This document shows, piece by piece, positions 53,083 through 64,000 of a stretch of 64,000 nt of DNA. The stretch lies in NCBI GenBank assembly GCA_963575745.1, contig CAUYUJ010000003.1, positions 434,001-498,000 of the forward strand, written 5' to 3'. The stretch is from Prorocentrum cordatum. Its lineage: Eukaryota. Each line of letters opens with the position of its first letter. Within the stretch, counting starts at the first letter, position 1. The notes under the pieces are model-generated. The model had not been told where the DNA came from. It worked only from the letters and a program-made list of their open reading frames with translations, and searched no databases. Both the position numbers and the translations under genes were made by a program.

Positions 53083-53113
<31 letters not shown>

Positions 53114-53138
53114 CAGTCGGCGTCGTCGTCGTCGTCGT

Positions 53139-53183
<45 letters not shown>

Positions 53184-53184
53184 T

Positions 53185-53219
<35 letters not shown>

Positions 53220-53581
53220 TATCGCGGGGCGCGCTCTGGCCTGAATTTCTGGAGGGGGATCCAGGGGTCCACCCGTGGCGACGAGAGGCCCAAAAGCCGT
53301 CGTCATCCCGTCGTCGTCGCCCTCCCGTCGTCGCCGTCGTCGTCCTGGGGGAGGCGGAGGAGTGGAGGAGTTCGAGTATGATGCGTGGTGTGTGAGTGCG
53401 TGTGTGTGCGTGTGCGGCGTGCAGTGTGTAGTGTGCATTGGAGGAGGAGGAGGAGGAGGAGTCCTCCACCTCCCCCTCCTCCCCCCCCCGCCCTCCCTCG
53501 CCCACCCCAATCCTCGTCCTCGGGAGGGGGGATGGGGCCGTAGGGTTCGGGCTCCAGGGTAGCCTATTTGGCGGGCGCGCC

Positions 53582-56500
53582 ATGTCTACTCGGCGCCGCA
53601 CGATTCACTCTCGGCCCGACGAGGGCACTGAGAAAGAAGCTGCCGAAAGCTTGCTGGTTCAGCTTCAAACTCTTTATTGCACTGGGGAGATCACTGCAAA
53701 AACATTGTGCACTCTGTCCTACACAGCATGGACCGCGGGAGCGAAATCCGATAAGTTGAGGGAGTGGGGGCTCGCCCCCGACAGCTCGACGGGGCACTGC
53801 CAGAGGGTCATCGACAATAGGATCGCAGAGCTCAACATTACTAAGGTTAGGCCCATGCCGATCCACGTGGTGGGGCAGAGCGGTAACTCCCGACGGCGCG
53901 TGGACCTGGGCGTTCAAGTGCGCCCAATGCACGAACTGCTGCACGAGGAGGTGTTCGGGGCACCTTCCTCGCGAGAAGCCGTGAAGACGGCGTTGGCGGG
54001 AAAAACTCAGCCACAGATTTATCATGATCACATAGTCGTGCGCTCAGCCGATGAGGATGACATAGTGGTACCATGCGCAATATATTTGGACGCAGCCCAG
54101 TACGGTGGATCCGCAGGCGCGGGTAGAAGTCGGTCCCAACTGGTTATTTCATTGGTAAATTTAGTGTCGAAGGTGCGCCACGTGTCAGTTACATTTCGTA
54201 AACAATTGAGCTGCAAATGCGGCTGCCATGGGTATTGTTCTATGCATCCGCTGCTCTCCTTTGTGCGATGGTGCGCGGATGCCCTGGCAGCTGGCACGTT
54301 CCCAATGCAGCACCCGCGTGGGCGCGATTGGGCGCCCGCGGACGGGACCAGGGGCGAGTGGGCTGGCCAGCCCATGGGTGTTAAGGGGGCAGTGCTTTTT
54401 ATCATGGCAGACTGGGACGCCATAGCTACATCCTTATACTGTCCGACGTGGTCGTCCAATGCTTTCCCGTGCCCATTGTGCGACGCGTCCAAGGACACGC
54501 TGCACAGCTACAGGATAGCGTGTTTTTGGGCACGAGGGAGGGACGGGTGGGGAAGGGACGAACGGGGGAGGGAGGGGGGGAGGGAGGGTGGCGGAGAGAG
54601 GGGGGAGAGACGGAGGGAGGGAGAGGGAGGGGCGGAGGGAGGGAAGAAGGGGGGGGCAGCACGTCGGCGGCATCGGCGCCGACATCGCGGCTCGGGCTCT
54701 CCTCCGCCCCCCGCGCCCCCCCCCCTCCATCCCCCCCCCTCCCTCGCCCTCTACTGGTACTCCCCGCCCCCCTTCCCCCTCCTCAGCCCCTCCCCCTCTC
54801 CTTCCCCTTCCCTCCCCCCCTCGTCCCCCTCCTTCCCTTTCCTCCACCTCCTCCACCCCCTCCTGCTTATGAAATAAATAACGATCCCAGCATGATAAGA
54901 TCACAGGAGAAACCGTGGTCATGCCACCCCGTCGACGCGCATGATCGCGCGACCGAGCGCGCGCAGGTGTGGATTCATATCGGTTCCGAGGCGGAGAGGG
55001 GCGCCTTGATCACGGCTGCTGGCTTTTCGTTTGATAAACGCAAGTCTGGAAAAGGGTTGACGGTTACACGAGTGGTCCCGCCCATTAACAGTTCAAGCAT
55101 CGAGCTTCAGCCTGGGGATGTTCTCCTCCCACAACAAGGATTGCCTGACATAGCGCACTATGCCGTCATGGTGTGTCCTGGGTGGTATCGTTTCTGGCGC
55201 CCGTCCAAAGCCACACTTACCACTCGACCCAACCCGCTTTTCGGGCTCACCCTTGGGTTAACGATCGCTGGGTCTGTAGCGGTCGACTTCATGCACACCG
55301 TGGCCCTGGGGGTCATGGGGAGCATCATCCTGGAAACGATGTGGCGCGCAGTGGCTTCAAATGCGTTTGCGGACTTGTCCTTAGAGAAGACTATGCGTGA
55401 ACAGGTGGCTTTCGATAACATCATGGTTAAGTTGACCGAGTGGTACTCAGCGCAGAGACGGGATGGGAGGCACCCAGATCAGATAACATCTCATTCCATT
55501 GGTTCGTTTGGGTCTTCTGGCAAACGCCAGCTCAAAACTAAGGCTGCTGAGAGCGTGTGGTTATTCGAGTTTTGTGTTACATCTTTTCTGCCGTCATTTG
55601 CGAATCGATTGGAAAGAGGGTTTGGTTTATTAGAGTGTGGCCGAGCCTTGTTTCGGTTCAGCGAGTATCTCCGCGTGCTCCCCGACGTGCCGAGTCTGGA
55701 TCAGTGCAGGGCCTTGGAGGACATGGCCCTCAGGCATCTTATCCTATTGCAGCCAGCGCGCGTGCCCTACAAGCCCAAGCACCATCTGTTTTGGCACCTC
55801 GTCGAGAGGACCGCGGGGCGCGAAAGGAGGCCGTAGTCGGCGCACTAGCAGGCATTTAGCATATCCCCCCCATCTTGCCCCCTAGCCATTCCCGCCCCTC
55901 CCTCCTCCCTCCCCCCTCCCTCTTCCCTCCAGCCGCCGTCCCGCAGAGAGAGCGCAGCGCCGGTTCCACGGTGCGCGCGTCCTCGAACTCATCGGGGACC
56001 CGCCCGCTGAGGGGAGGGGGAAGGATATGCGGGGATGTCTGGTAGTCGCCGATTTCTCCTCCTCCTCCTCCTCCTCCTCCTCCTCCTCCTCCTCCTCCTC
56101 GTCCTCCTCCTCGTCCTCCTCATCCTCCTCCTCTTCCCAGGGGGGCCGAAATCCAGATGGGCCCGAACGACTCACCTCCTGGTGGTGTGAGTCGTTTGGG
56201 CCCCTCCTTCTCCTCCCCCTCATCCTCCTCCTCCTCCTCCTCCTCCTCCTCCTCCTCCTCCTGCCCCGCCATCCTCGCCCTCATCCTGATCCTGGGCAAG
56301 ACATTGACCAGAACAGAGTCTGCCATGGCCAACTCTACCCTCATCCTGATCCTCCTCCTCCTCCTCCTCCTCCTCCTCCTCCTGCCCCGCCATCCTCGCC
56401 CTCATCCTGATCCTCCTCCTCCTCCTCCTCCTCCTCCTCCTCCACCTCGCCTCCCCATTATCCTTCACCTCCTCCTCCTCCTCCTCCTCCCCCTCCTTCC

Positions 56501-56748
56501 CCCTCCCCCCTCCTCCAAGAGGAGGGGGGATGGCCATCCCCCCGTCATGCACTTCGCGTCCACTTCCATTCAGGACCAAAACATTTGGACACCCCAGGGT
56601 GTATGCAACGTGGACGGACGAGACGTTGAACAACATGCTTTCTCGTCTCGCCGAATCCGCACACAGCTCACAATACGAGAAGGGCGTACTCGAGCGCTTG
56701 GACCTGCAAGCTCATTTGGGCATTGGTGCTGCCAAATCGACGTTATGA
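53582..56748 (+). CDS. DDE transposase, CMC (CACTA/Mirage/Chapaev)-Transib-like, ~671 aa; exons 53582-54513, ~54900-55808, 56574-56748
   Basis: Candidate triad IYLDAA / MADWD / WTDETLN, with CPLC, DFMH and HHLFWH between the second D and the E, matching the C(2)C, [M/L]H, H(3-4)H signature. The GA-AG introns splice to 2016 nt without stops. Confidence 0.8.
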
Positions 56749-57681
56749 AAGATGAAAATGATATGTATTCGTTGTTGTCACATAATCTGTGCCAGCATTC
56801 ATCGTCTTCCCCCCCCCGTCAGCCCCCATCCGTCTGGCCCCCTTTTCCGCTCGCTTTCCTCCCTCCTCGCCCTCGCCCCCTCCAGCCTAGGACTTCCGCC
56901 CTCAGGCCGTCGGACCTCTTCCCCCCGCGCTCTCTGACCAGACCTTCGGACGGGGGATCCATCCGTGGCGACGAGAACCGCGACGACGCCATTCCTAGGG
57001 TGCGCTCTGCCTTGAATTTCGGACGCGGGATCCAACCGCGGCGACGAGGACCCCCGACGACGTCAATCCTGGGGCGCGCCTCTGGCCAGGAACTCTGACC
57101 AGGCATCCAGCCGCGGCGACGAGGGGCCCCGACGACGTCGAGGGCCAGAGGAAAGGGGGGCGGGGATGAGTGCAGAAAGCGGGGGCCATGGCGTAGGGGC
57201 TCAAGCAGTTGTGACGAGGGCAGACACCGCCAACCTAAGAAGAGGGCTGCCATGGCAGCGTTCATTTCAGCTCGTACCACGAGCTCAAGTTGACCAACCA
57301 TCGGTTGTGCCGTGCCACGGTGCACGAGAGCTAGGACACGGGGCCGAACCTCGAGGGCGCGGGGGCGGGGCCCAGAACCCTGGCCAGTGGCCCGTGGGCT
57401 TAACATTAAGACGCGGGGCCCAACCTAGAACCGAGAGGTCGAGGAGGGAGGGCGAGGATGAGGAGAACGAAGACGAGGAGGGGGGAGGACGAGGAATGGG
57501 GGGGAGGAGGGCATTTATAGAAAGCGGGGAGGGGGAGGGGATATGGGGGAGGAGGGGGGGGGATGAGGGCCGAAGGGTAGCGGGGCGAGGGCTGCGGGCG
57601 CCCGCCTGCTCGCCAGGAGCACATCGTCGATATGATGTGCACGCTGAGCTTCGCCTCCCGCCCGCCCGCTCGCCCGCCCGC

Positions 57682-57683
<2 letters not shown>

Positions 57684-57735
<52 letters not shown>

Positions 57736-57818
57736 GTCGTCGGTCGTCGATCGTCGATCGTCGATCGTCGATCGTCGATCGTCGATCGTCGATCGTCGTC
57801 GATCGTCGATCGTCGTCG

Positions 57819-57886
<68 letters not shown>

Positions 57887-58190
57887 CGTCACCGTCACCG
57901 TCACCGTCACCGTCACCGTCACCGTCGCCACCGTCGTCGTCGTCTATCGCGGGGCGCGCTCTGGCCTGAATTTCTGGAGGGGGATCCAGCCGTGGCGACG
58001 AGACGCCCAAAAGCCGTCGTCATCCCCTCGTCGTCGCCCTCCCGTCGTCGTCGTCGTCGCCCTGGGGGTGGCGGAGGGGTGGGGGAGTTCGAGTATGATG
58101 CGTGGTGCGTGAGTGCATGCGTGTGTGGCGCGCGGTGCGCGGTGTGCATTGGAGGAGGGGGAGTCCTCCACCTCCCCCTCCTCCTCTCTC
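57684..58190 (+). repeat. Direct-repeat copy of 52950-53490 flanking the transposase
   Basis: (GTC)n followed by tctatcgcggggcgcgctctggcctgaatttctggagggggatccag...gagttcgagtatgatgcgtggtg...gagtcctccacctcccc in both copies. Confidence 0.9.
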
Positions 58191-58894
58191 CCGTCGCCCT
58201 CCTGGCCCTTCTCCCCTTCCTCTCCCCCTCTTCCCCGCCCCCCGTCCCATCCCCCCGCCCCTCCCCCTCTCGTTCAGCACTGCTGGCAACGACCAGCCCA
58301 GATGCGGGCACTGCGTGCCCGCCCCCCTGCGATTGCCAATAATCGATGCAGGCCGCGCCTGCCTTTTCCGCCCTCGGCCGAGCGGGCTCGCTCGTCGGGC
58401 GGGCCGCCCGAGGGCGATGGGGGAGGGATAGGGAGGAGGGGGATTTTATTAGAAGGACCCTTCAAGGGCAGGACATGACGAGGAAGAAGTTTCGGCTGGC
58501 GCCGAGCGGAGGAGGAGGAGGAGGAGGAGGAGGAGGAGGAGGAGGAGGAGGAGGTCGGCGGCCGACCCTCGACCCCCCGACCCTCGGCCCCGTCGATCCT
58601 CGACGCGTCGGGTTTCGACGGATTCGAACCACGATTGGGACCGCGATCAGGTGGTCGGGGCTCGAGGTTCGATGGTTCGAGGATCGAGGGTTCGAGGATC
58701 GATGGTTCGAGGTCCGTCCAGCTCGGCTCGTGGGCGCTGAACGTGGGCCGCCGCCATGCCGCGCCCTCAGAACCCAGCGACCGAGCCCCCCGCGTCGCGG
58801 GACATCGGCTGGGCCCTGGAGGCGCGGGAGAGCGGTGGCCCACGCGCCGCGCCCGACGAGCCTCGGGGAACCAAATGACAGACGGTCCTTTTTG

Positions 58895-58942
<48 letters not shown>

Positions 58943-59215
58943 GTCCCCCTCGCCCTCTCCCTCTCTCTCGCATCCCCCACGCCCTTCATTCCCCCCATCC
59001 CCCTTCCTCCCTTCCTTCCGCACTTCTCCTTATTCTCCCGCCCGCGTGCCCGCCCCCCTGGCTGGCCAGCACGACATGGGCCCCGAGGGGGGGCGCAGGC
59101 GGCGGCGCGGCGGCGGGCGGGGGGCAGGCGGCGCGACGTTCGAGAACGGGCGTCGGAAGAGGGGGGGAAGAGGAAAGAGGAGGGAAGGCCGTCGCCGACG
59201 CCCCGACCATCCCAC

Positions 59216-59394
59216 ATGGGGTCGAAGTAGATGGGGTCTGCGGATGGCGCCGCATCGCCGATGATTCGACGACGCGGTTCGATGTCGATCATGATTGTAT
59301 CCACGCTGGCGTCGCCGATGCATCGTCAGCGTCGCGCGTGCATCGCCGATGCATCGGCGATGCACCAACGCGACCCCATTTACTCCGACCCCAT
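59216..59394. mobile_element. ~180-bp MITE-like element with 23-bp TIRs; diverged second copy at ~63400-63607
   Basis: atggggtcgaagtagatggggtc / gaccccatttactccgaccccat (21/23 complementary); interior rich in catcggcgatg. Confidence 0.7.
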
Positions 59395-59849
59395 TTGGGC
59401 GGCCTCCAGAGACTGCCAAGCAGCAGTGGAAGCTTCGAGGATGGAGGGATGAGGGATGCCCCGCCAGCCGTGCGCGCAGCCCGAGCACGCCTGGCGCGCT
59501 TTGCGTCGCGCACCCGTGATCAACGAACGGGCGTTCGTTGGAGAGAAAATCGGGGTGAGGAGAGGAGGGGGATGACGTCGGGGGGAAAGGTAGGGGAGGA
59601 CAGTGGGGGAGGAGGGCGAGGAGGATGGGGTGCATTGGTAGATGCACCCAACTGCATTAGGCCAGAAGGCGCGAGGAGGAGGAGGAGAAGGAGGAGGAGT
59701 CGGAGGAGGAGGAGGAAAGAATTCGAGATTCTAGACTCGATTCCCAATCGAGGCCGCGTTCGCGGCGCTGCCGCGCACGACTGGGCCATCCGCGCGGCCG
59801 CACTTAAGTCGCATCGACCTGCTTCATTAAAAGGGGCGTCCCTCAACCC

Positions 59850-60190
59850 CCTGCACATACAACATATACGTGTATATATATACATATATATACATACATA
59901 TATGTATATATACATAATTCCATATATTTATATACATACATACATACGTATACGTATATACATACATATGTATACGTTTGTATATACATAACATGTATAT
60001 GCATATGTATATATACACATATGTATATACAAATGTGTATACATACATACATATGTATAGACTTAATATACGTATGCACACGTATATACATATATATAGG
60101 TAGATATGTGTACATATGCATACGCATGCAAATCTATACATATATCATGTATGCCTATGTATACATACACACGTGCATACATACGCACGA
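59850..60190. repeat. TA/CA-rich tract
   Basis: Directly visible; right boundary of the plus-strand gene block. Confidence 0.92.
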
Positions 60191-60339
60191 CGTTTGTGCA
60201 ACATCGCATTGCGGGCAAAACCGCGAACACTCAGATACGCGAGCGCGCAAACCGCAAGCCGCAAACCGCCAACCGCAAGCCGCCAACCGCAAGCCGCCAA
60301 ACGCAGCAAGTGAGGGACCTCTGGGTAAGAAGTCTTGGC

Positions 60340-63258
60340 CATGAAACGGTGGACCTCCGCGGCGAATAGCGCCCGCGCGTTCCATGTCGTGACCGTCAGG
60401 TCGCCCGAGAACTGCCCGCGCTGGGTAGCAGGAGGAACTGGGCGACGAGGAGGGCGAGTCACCGGCGGAAGCAGGATCCTGTCCGAGGGGATGGCGCCAA
60501 GAGTGCGGATGGCGCGCAGACGGCGGCGCACGCGTAGCGGAATGTCGGAGGCGTCTGCGGCGTCGGTAACGTCCGGCAGGAGCTCGTGGGCAGCGAACAG
60601 GCATGGGGGAGAGCCGGGCGGGCAGCGTGCTCGCCCAATGGGGGCGGCAGGCCATGGCCCAGCGGGATGAGGTGCAAGACGTAGACGTGAGGGCGGCAGC
60701 TAGAAGAACAACTCGTGGGACAAGTAGGCGAAGACGGCGGGCGATCCGGTCGCGACGGCGAGGAAGGCGAAACGCAGTCCCCGCGCCCTCGAGGCCCTCC
60801 CAATCAACGCATCGAGTTCCGAGGTCAGTGACCGACCTCAATCCCCAGAGGCGCCCCGCCTCGCAGGCACCGGGGGCGCCTGGACCTGGGGCCGCGGGTC
60901 GTTTCCCGTCTCCTCCGCGAGGTCCATAAGGTCATCCACCACCTGCGTGCAGATCTTATCCTGGCCAACCTGGATCGCCTGTCTGTGGAGGGTCTCGAAC
61001 AGCTTGGCGATGTCCGCCTTCGTCTTGACCAACACCTCGATGATCCTCCTATCATGGGCAGCGCGTCGCGGGGGACATGGTAGAACCCCCCCGGTTCGGG
61101 GTGATCAGAGTTCGTCGCCAAGGTGAAGGAGATACCAGGGGCGTCGACAGCGCGGCGCATCAGCCGCGACATCACCTCCTGGCCCTGCAGCCCCAGCTCG
61201 CCTTGAACCTGCACCTCCGCGAAGAAGTCGGAGATGGAGTTGAGTTTCCCTGCCCTCCGCTCGGCGGCGGCGGAGCGCGGGGCCGTCGCGGCAACGGCAG
61301 CGATCGATATCCCGCGCCCACCGAATCTGGATGGGGCGATGTTTGAGCCGGGGCGCAACGTTGCCCGGATCGCGCTGGTAGATCTCATTCGAGACTGAGG
61401 CCCACGTGTCTGGAGAAGCATCCGAGACCACGAAGAACCTCGTCGTGCCAATCGCGGCCATCTGGGAACACAGCGCCCAGTACTGGTGAAAGACCCCTGG
61501 CCCATTGCACTCAAAGATGAAGGTGTTCACGTTCGCCGCCAAACCTTTGAGGCCAAAGAACATCGTAGAAGGAAGATGGGAGCGGCGGAGCTCGTGTAGG
61601 GTGTTGAGGAGGTCGCAATGAGTGAGGTGGCCGGGGAAGACGATATCCAGGGACAGGCGCGGCGACCCTGGGGTGCTGCGGTGGCTCTTGCGGTGTGTCC
61701 AGGGCGTGGCGCCGACCATCGACGGGCGCGAGAGGAGCGCCATGAGCACCTGCAGGTCGTCAACCAGCACGTGGTCACGGCGCGGGCCGAGCCGACCTGG
61801 AAGAGCGGGGTCATGGACACCACGCGCGGGAAGCACCTGCCACCGTTCAGTTACAACGAAAACATGCTCAATCCGTGGTGCTGCACCCGTAGAACCCCCG
61901 ACATTGTGGGCATAATCACCTCGAAGGGGAAGGGGATGAAGGCCACGCCCTTAACGAGGAGGACCCACCGTTCGGACAACAGTGGGAACGAACAGATACC
62001 CGTGATGCTGGTGATGTTGGTGAGGCTCGTCGTCAGCGGGACCATGGAAATCAGGATCACTGCGACAGGGCGAGGCTGATCGGCCGCGCGCCACAGGAGG
62101 GAGGAGCGGAGGCGGGTCTGCGCGTTCTTATCCTCGGGGACCCACAACACGGAGACCCTGCCCGCCAGGCGGTCCCATAGCTCCTCGTTCCCTTTTATCG
62201 GCCAACGTCGCGAGCACCCTGCAGAGCCGGGGTAAATGCAGGGCAGGGTCACGCGTTTGAGCACATCCGACCACTGCGTGAAGAACTCCACGTGGGGGAG
62301 ATTGATGTTCTGCTGGACAACGATGATTGCCTCCAGCCCGAACTCCCGATAGAGGGGCGGCGGTCGTTCAGGCTTGATCTTCCGCCGCTCCTTAAGGGCC
62401 CTAGGGAGCTCGTCTTCGCACCTGGGCGCCGCGGCGATGAACTCGGCCAGGAGGATTCGAGCCTTCGCGGCGTCGTGCGGCCATCCCTGCGCGAAATACA
62501 AGGATATCACTTCGCAGGCGGCCCTCGTCCGGGCTGCGATATTGTTGTCCGCCGGGTCGGGACCCTCGAATCTCGCAAACCCTAGGGTCGCCCAGTGGTC
62601 GTCGGCCGATACGTTGTAGCCCAGTCGAGTCAAGATGGCCACGAGGTCGGTATAGTCCTGGGGGGGGGGCTTGACGGGGATCGACTGCGGGCCGTCAGCC
62701 TCCGACGCGGGCAGGGAGGCGTGCACCAGCTCAGAGTGGTGCAGGACCTCGGTGTCCACCTAGTTCTGCAAGAGGACCTCGCGTGGTGAGGGTCTCCCGA
62801 GCCCCGGCGGTCCCGCTGCGTCCGCTGACGCCGCCGCCAGCACGGGGGCCGCCGGCGCCGCCGCGGCAGCGGCGCTCGCAGCATGCGCGGCAGCCTCAGT
62901 CCTCTCAATGGTCCCACGTCGACCTCGATAGCGTCGAGGTCGGCCGACGTCTGCGACATCCCTAGGTTTTCGGAGCCACTCATCTGGAGATCCGCAACGC
63001 CCTGCGTGGCGCCAGTGGTCTCGTCGTCGTCCATGTTCGCAGCCTCCGCCGCGGCGGCTGGAGCTGCCGCAGCTGGGGCAGCCGCCGCACCTCCAGCAGC
63101 ACCATGCGCGACGCAGTAGTCGAAGCCCGGGACCGCCTCGCCGTGCATCCCATGGCTGAGGCATAGACGGCAAGGCGACATAGCAGGGCGAAAGTATGGA
63201 GTGGGATGGGAGAAGCCGAAATTCGCCCTGTGGGCGGGCACTCGGGGCCTTGAGCCAA
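60340..63258 (-). mobile_element. 5' part of a LINE: long frameshifted ORF1-like region plus the start of the endonuclease, 3'-truncated
   Basis: Starts MSPCRLCLSHG...YCVAHG (~63181), followed by ~2.5 kb of coding-like overlapping ORFs, then LTVTTWNARALF (EN motif 1) at ~60400-60365; SL-like TTGGCTCAAG at 63258-63249. Confidence 0.72.
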
Positions 63259-64000
63259 GGGCTGGGCAGGGAATGAGACGCAGAGGCCAGGCCCAACGCC
63301 AACGCCCGCCGCCCTCCTCGCAGACGGCACAATGGGGTCCTCTTTGGAAATCCAAGTCGGCTAGGACACGCGTCGGCAGGTAGAAAAATAAACGCGCAAC
63401 TCGGGGACTCCGAAATGGAGTCCCAAAAGATGGTGTCGGAGGGTCGCGCCGCATCGACGACCCATCGGCGATGCACCGTCGACATCGGCGATGCATCGGC
63501 GACGTCGACGTGAAGCAAGACGGAATCGCCGCGTCGCCAACGCATCAGCGATGCGGAGCGATCCTTCGACCCCATCTATTCGGATCCCATTTGGGAGGCC
63601 TACGAGTAGTGGGTGGGAGAAGGGAAGGGATGGGTGGGATGGATGGCGCGAGCTCAGCCAGCTTGGCCCAACCCCCTCTGCCCTGACCCCCCCCTTGGGA
63701 GCCCTCCGACCCGGGATCCCCTCGCAACCCTTGCGGCCTGCGCGGCGCGCGGCTGGGAGGCCGGGAGGCCGCAAGGGCGGCCTGGATCCGGGAGCTTCCT
63801 CTGAGAAAGAAAACCCTTGTTTTGGCAGGAAGGGGATACAGGGTGTGACGGTGGCCCAGAGATCCGACGCTCCCAAAAAATTAGTTCTGGCAGTTTTTGG
63901 CCGTTGTCAGCCTTTGGGGGCCCTCGACAGGCCTCGGGAGCGTCAAATCGAATCAGGACGAAAAAACAAGCCCTGTAGGAAAGTGGTCCAGACCTCCGGG

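Noticed and set aside
43790..59810. gactaagcggcggcgc / gcgcggccgcacttaagtc as TIRs of the large block
   Set aside because: Match too short and gapped for GC-rich DNA; no TSD discernible.
39720..63258. Idea that the LINE pieces at 39.7-43.4 kb and 60.3-63.2 kb are one element split by the 16-kb block
   Set aside because: Both appear to contain the first endonuclease motif region (TTAQAFV vs TWNARALF) and share no evident sequence, so they overlap rather than abut. Not fully excluded.

Overview
GC-rich, microsatellite-dense eukaryotic genomic DNA, almost certainly dinoflagellate: it carries a near-perfect DinoSL spliced-leader copy and GC-AG/GA-AG introns. The repeat style resembles Prorocentrum, which is an inference. 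Minus strand: a CAX-type Ca2+/H+ exchanger gene (~9.75-11.4 kb), scattered small exons of a coiled-coil host gene (25.8-39.1 kb), and four degenerate non-LTR (LINE) retrotransposon copies or fragments. One of these (17.85-23.95 kb) is essentially full length and is capped at its 5' end by a 22-nt spliced leader. Plus strand: a ~16-kb block (43.8-59.8 kb) bounded by TA-rich tracts. It holds three co-oriented, spliced, apparently intact genes: two of unknown function and a ~671-aa DDE transposase with CMC/CACTA-Transib-type motifs. Shared internal repeat modules link them, making this a candidate large multi-gene DNA transposon. The rest is simple repeats, tandem satellites (11, 83, 89, 95, 198 bp) and several palindromic MITE- or foldback-like elements. 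Most ORFs in the supplied track are artefacts of low complexity or high GC. Exon boundaries were deduced by eye and are untested.
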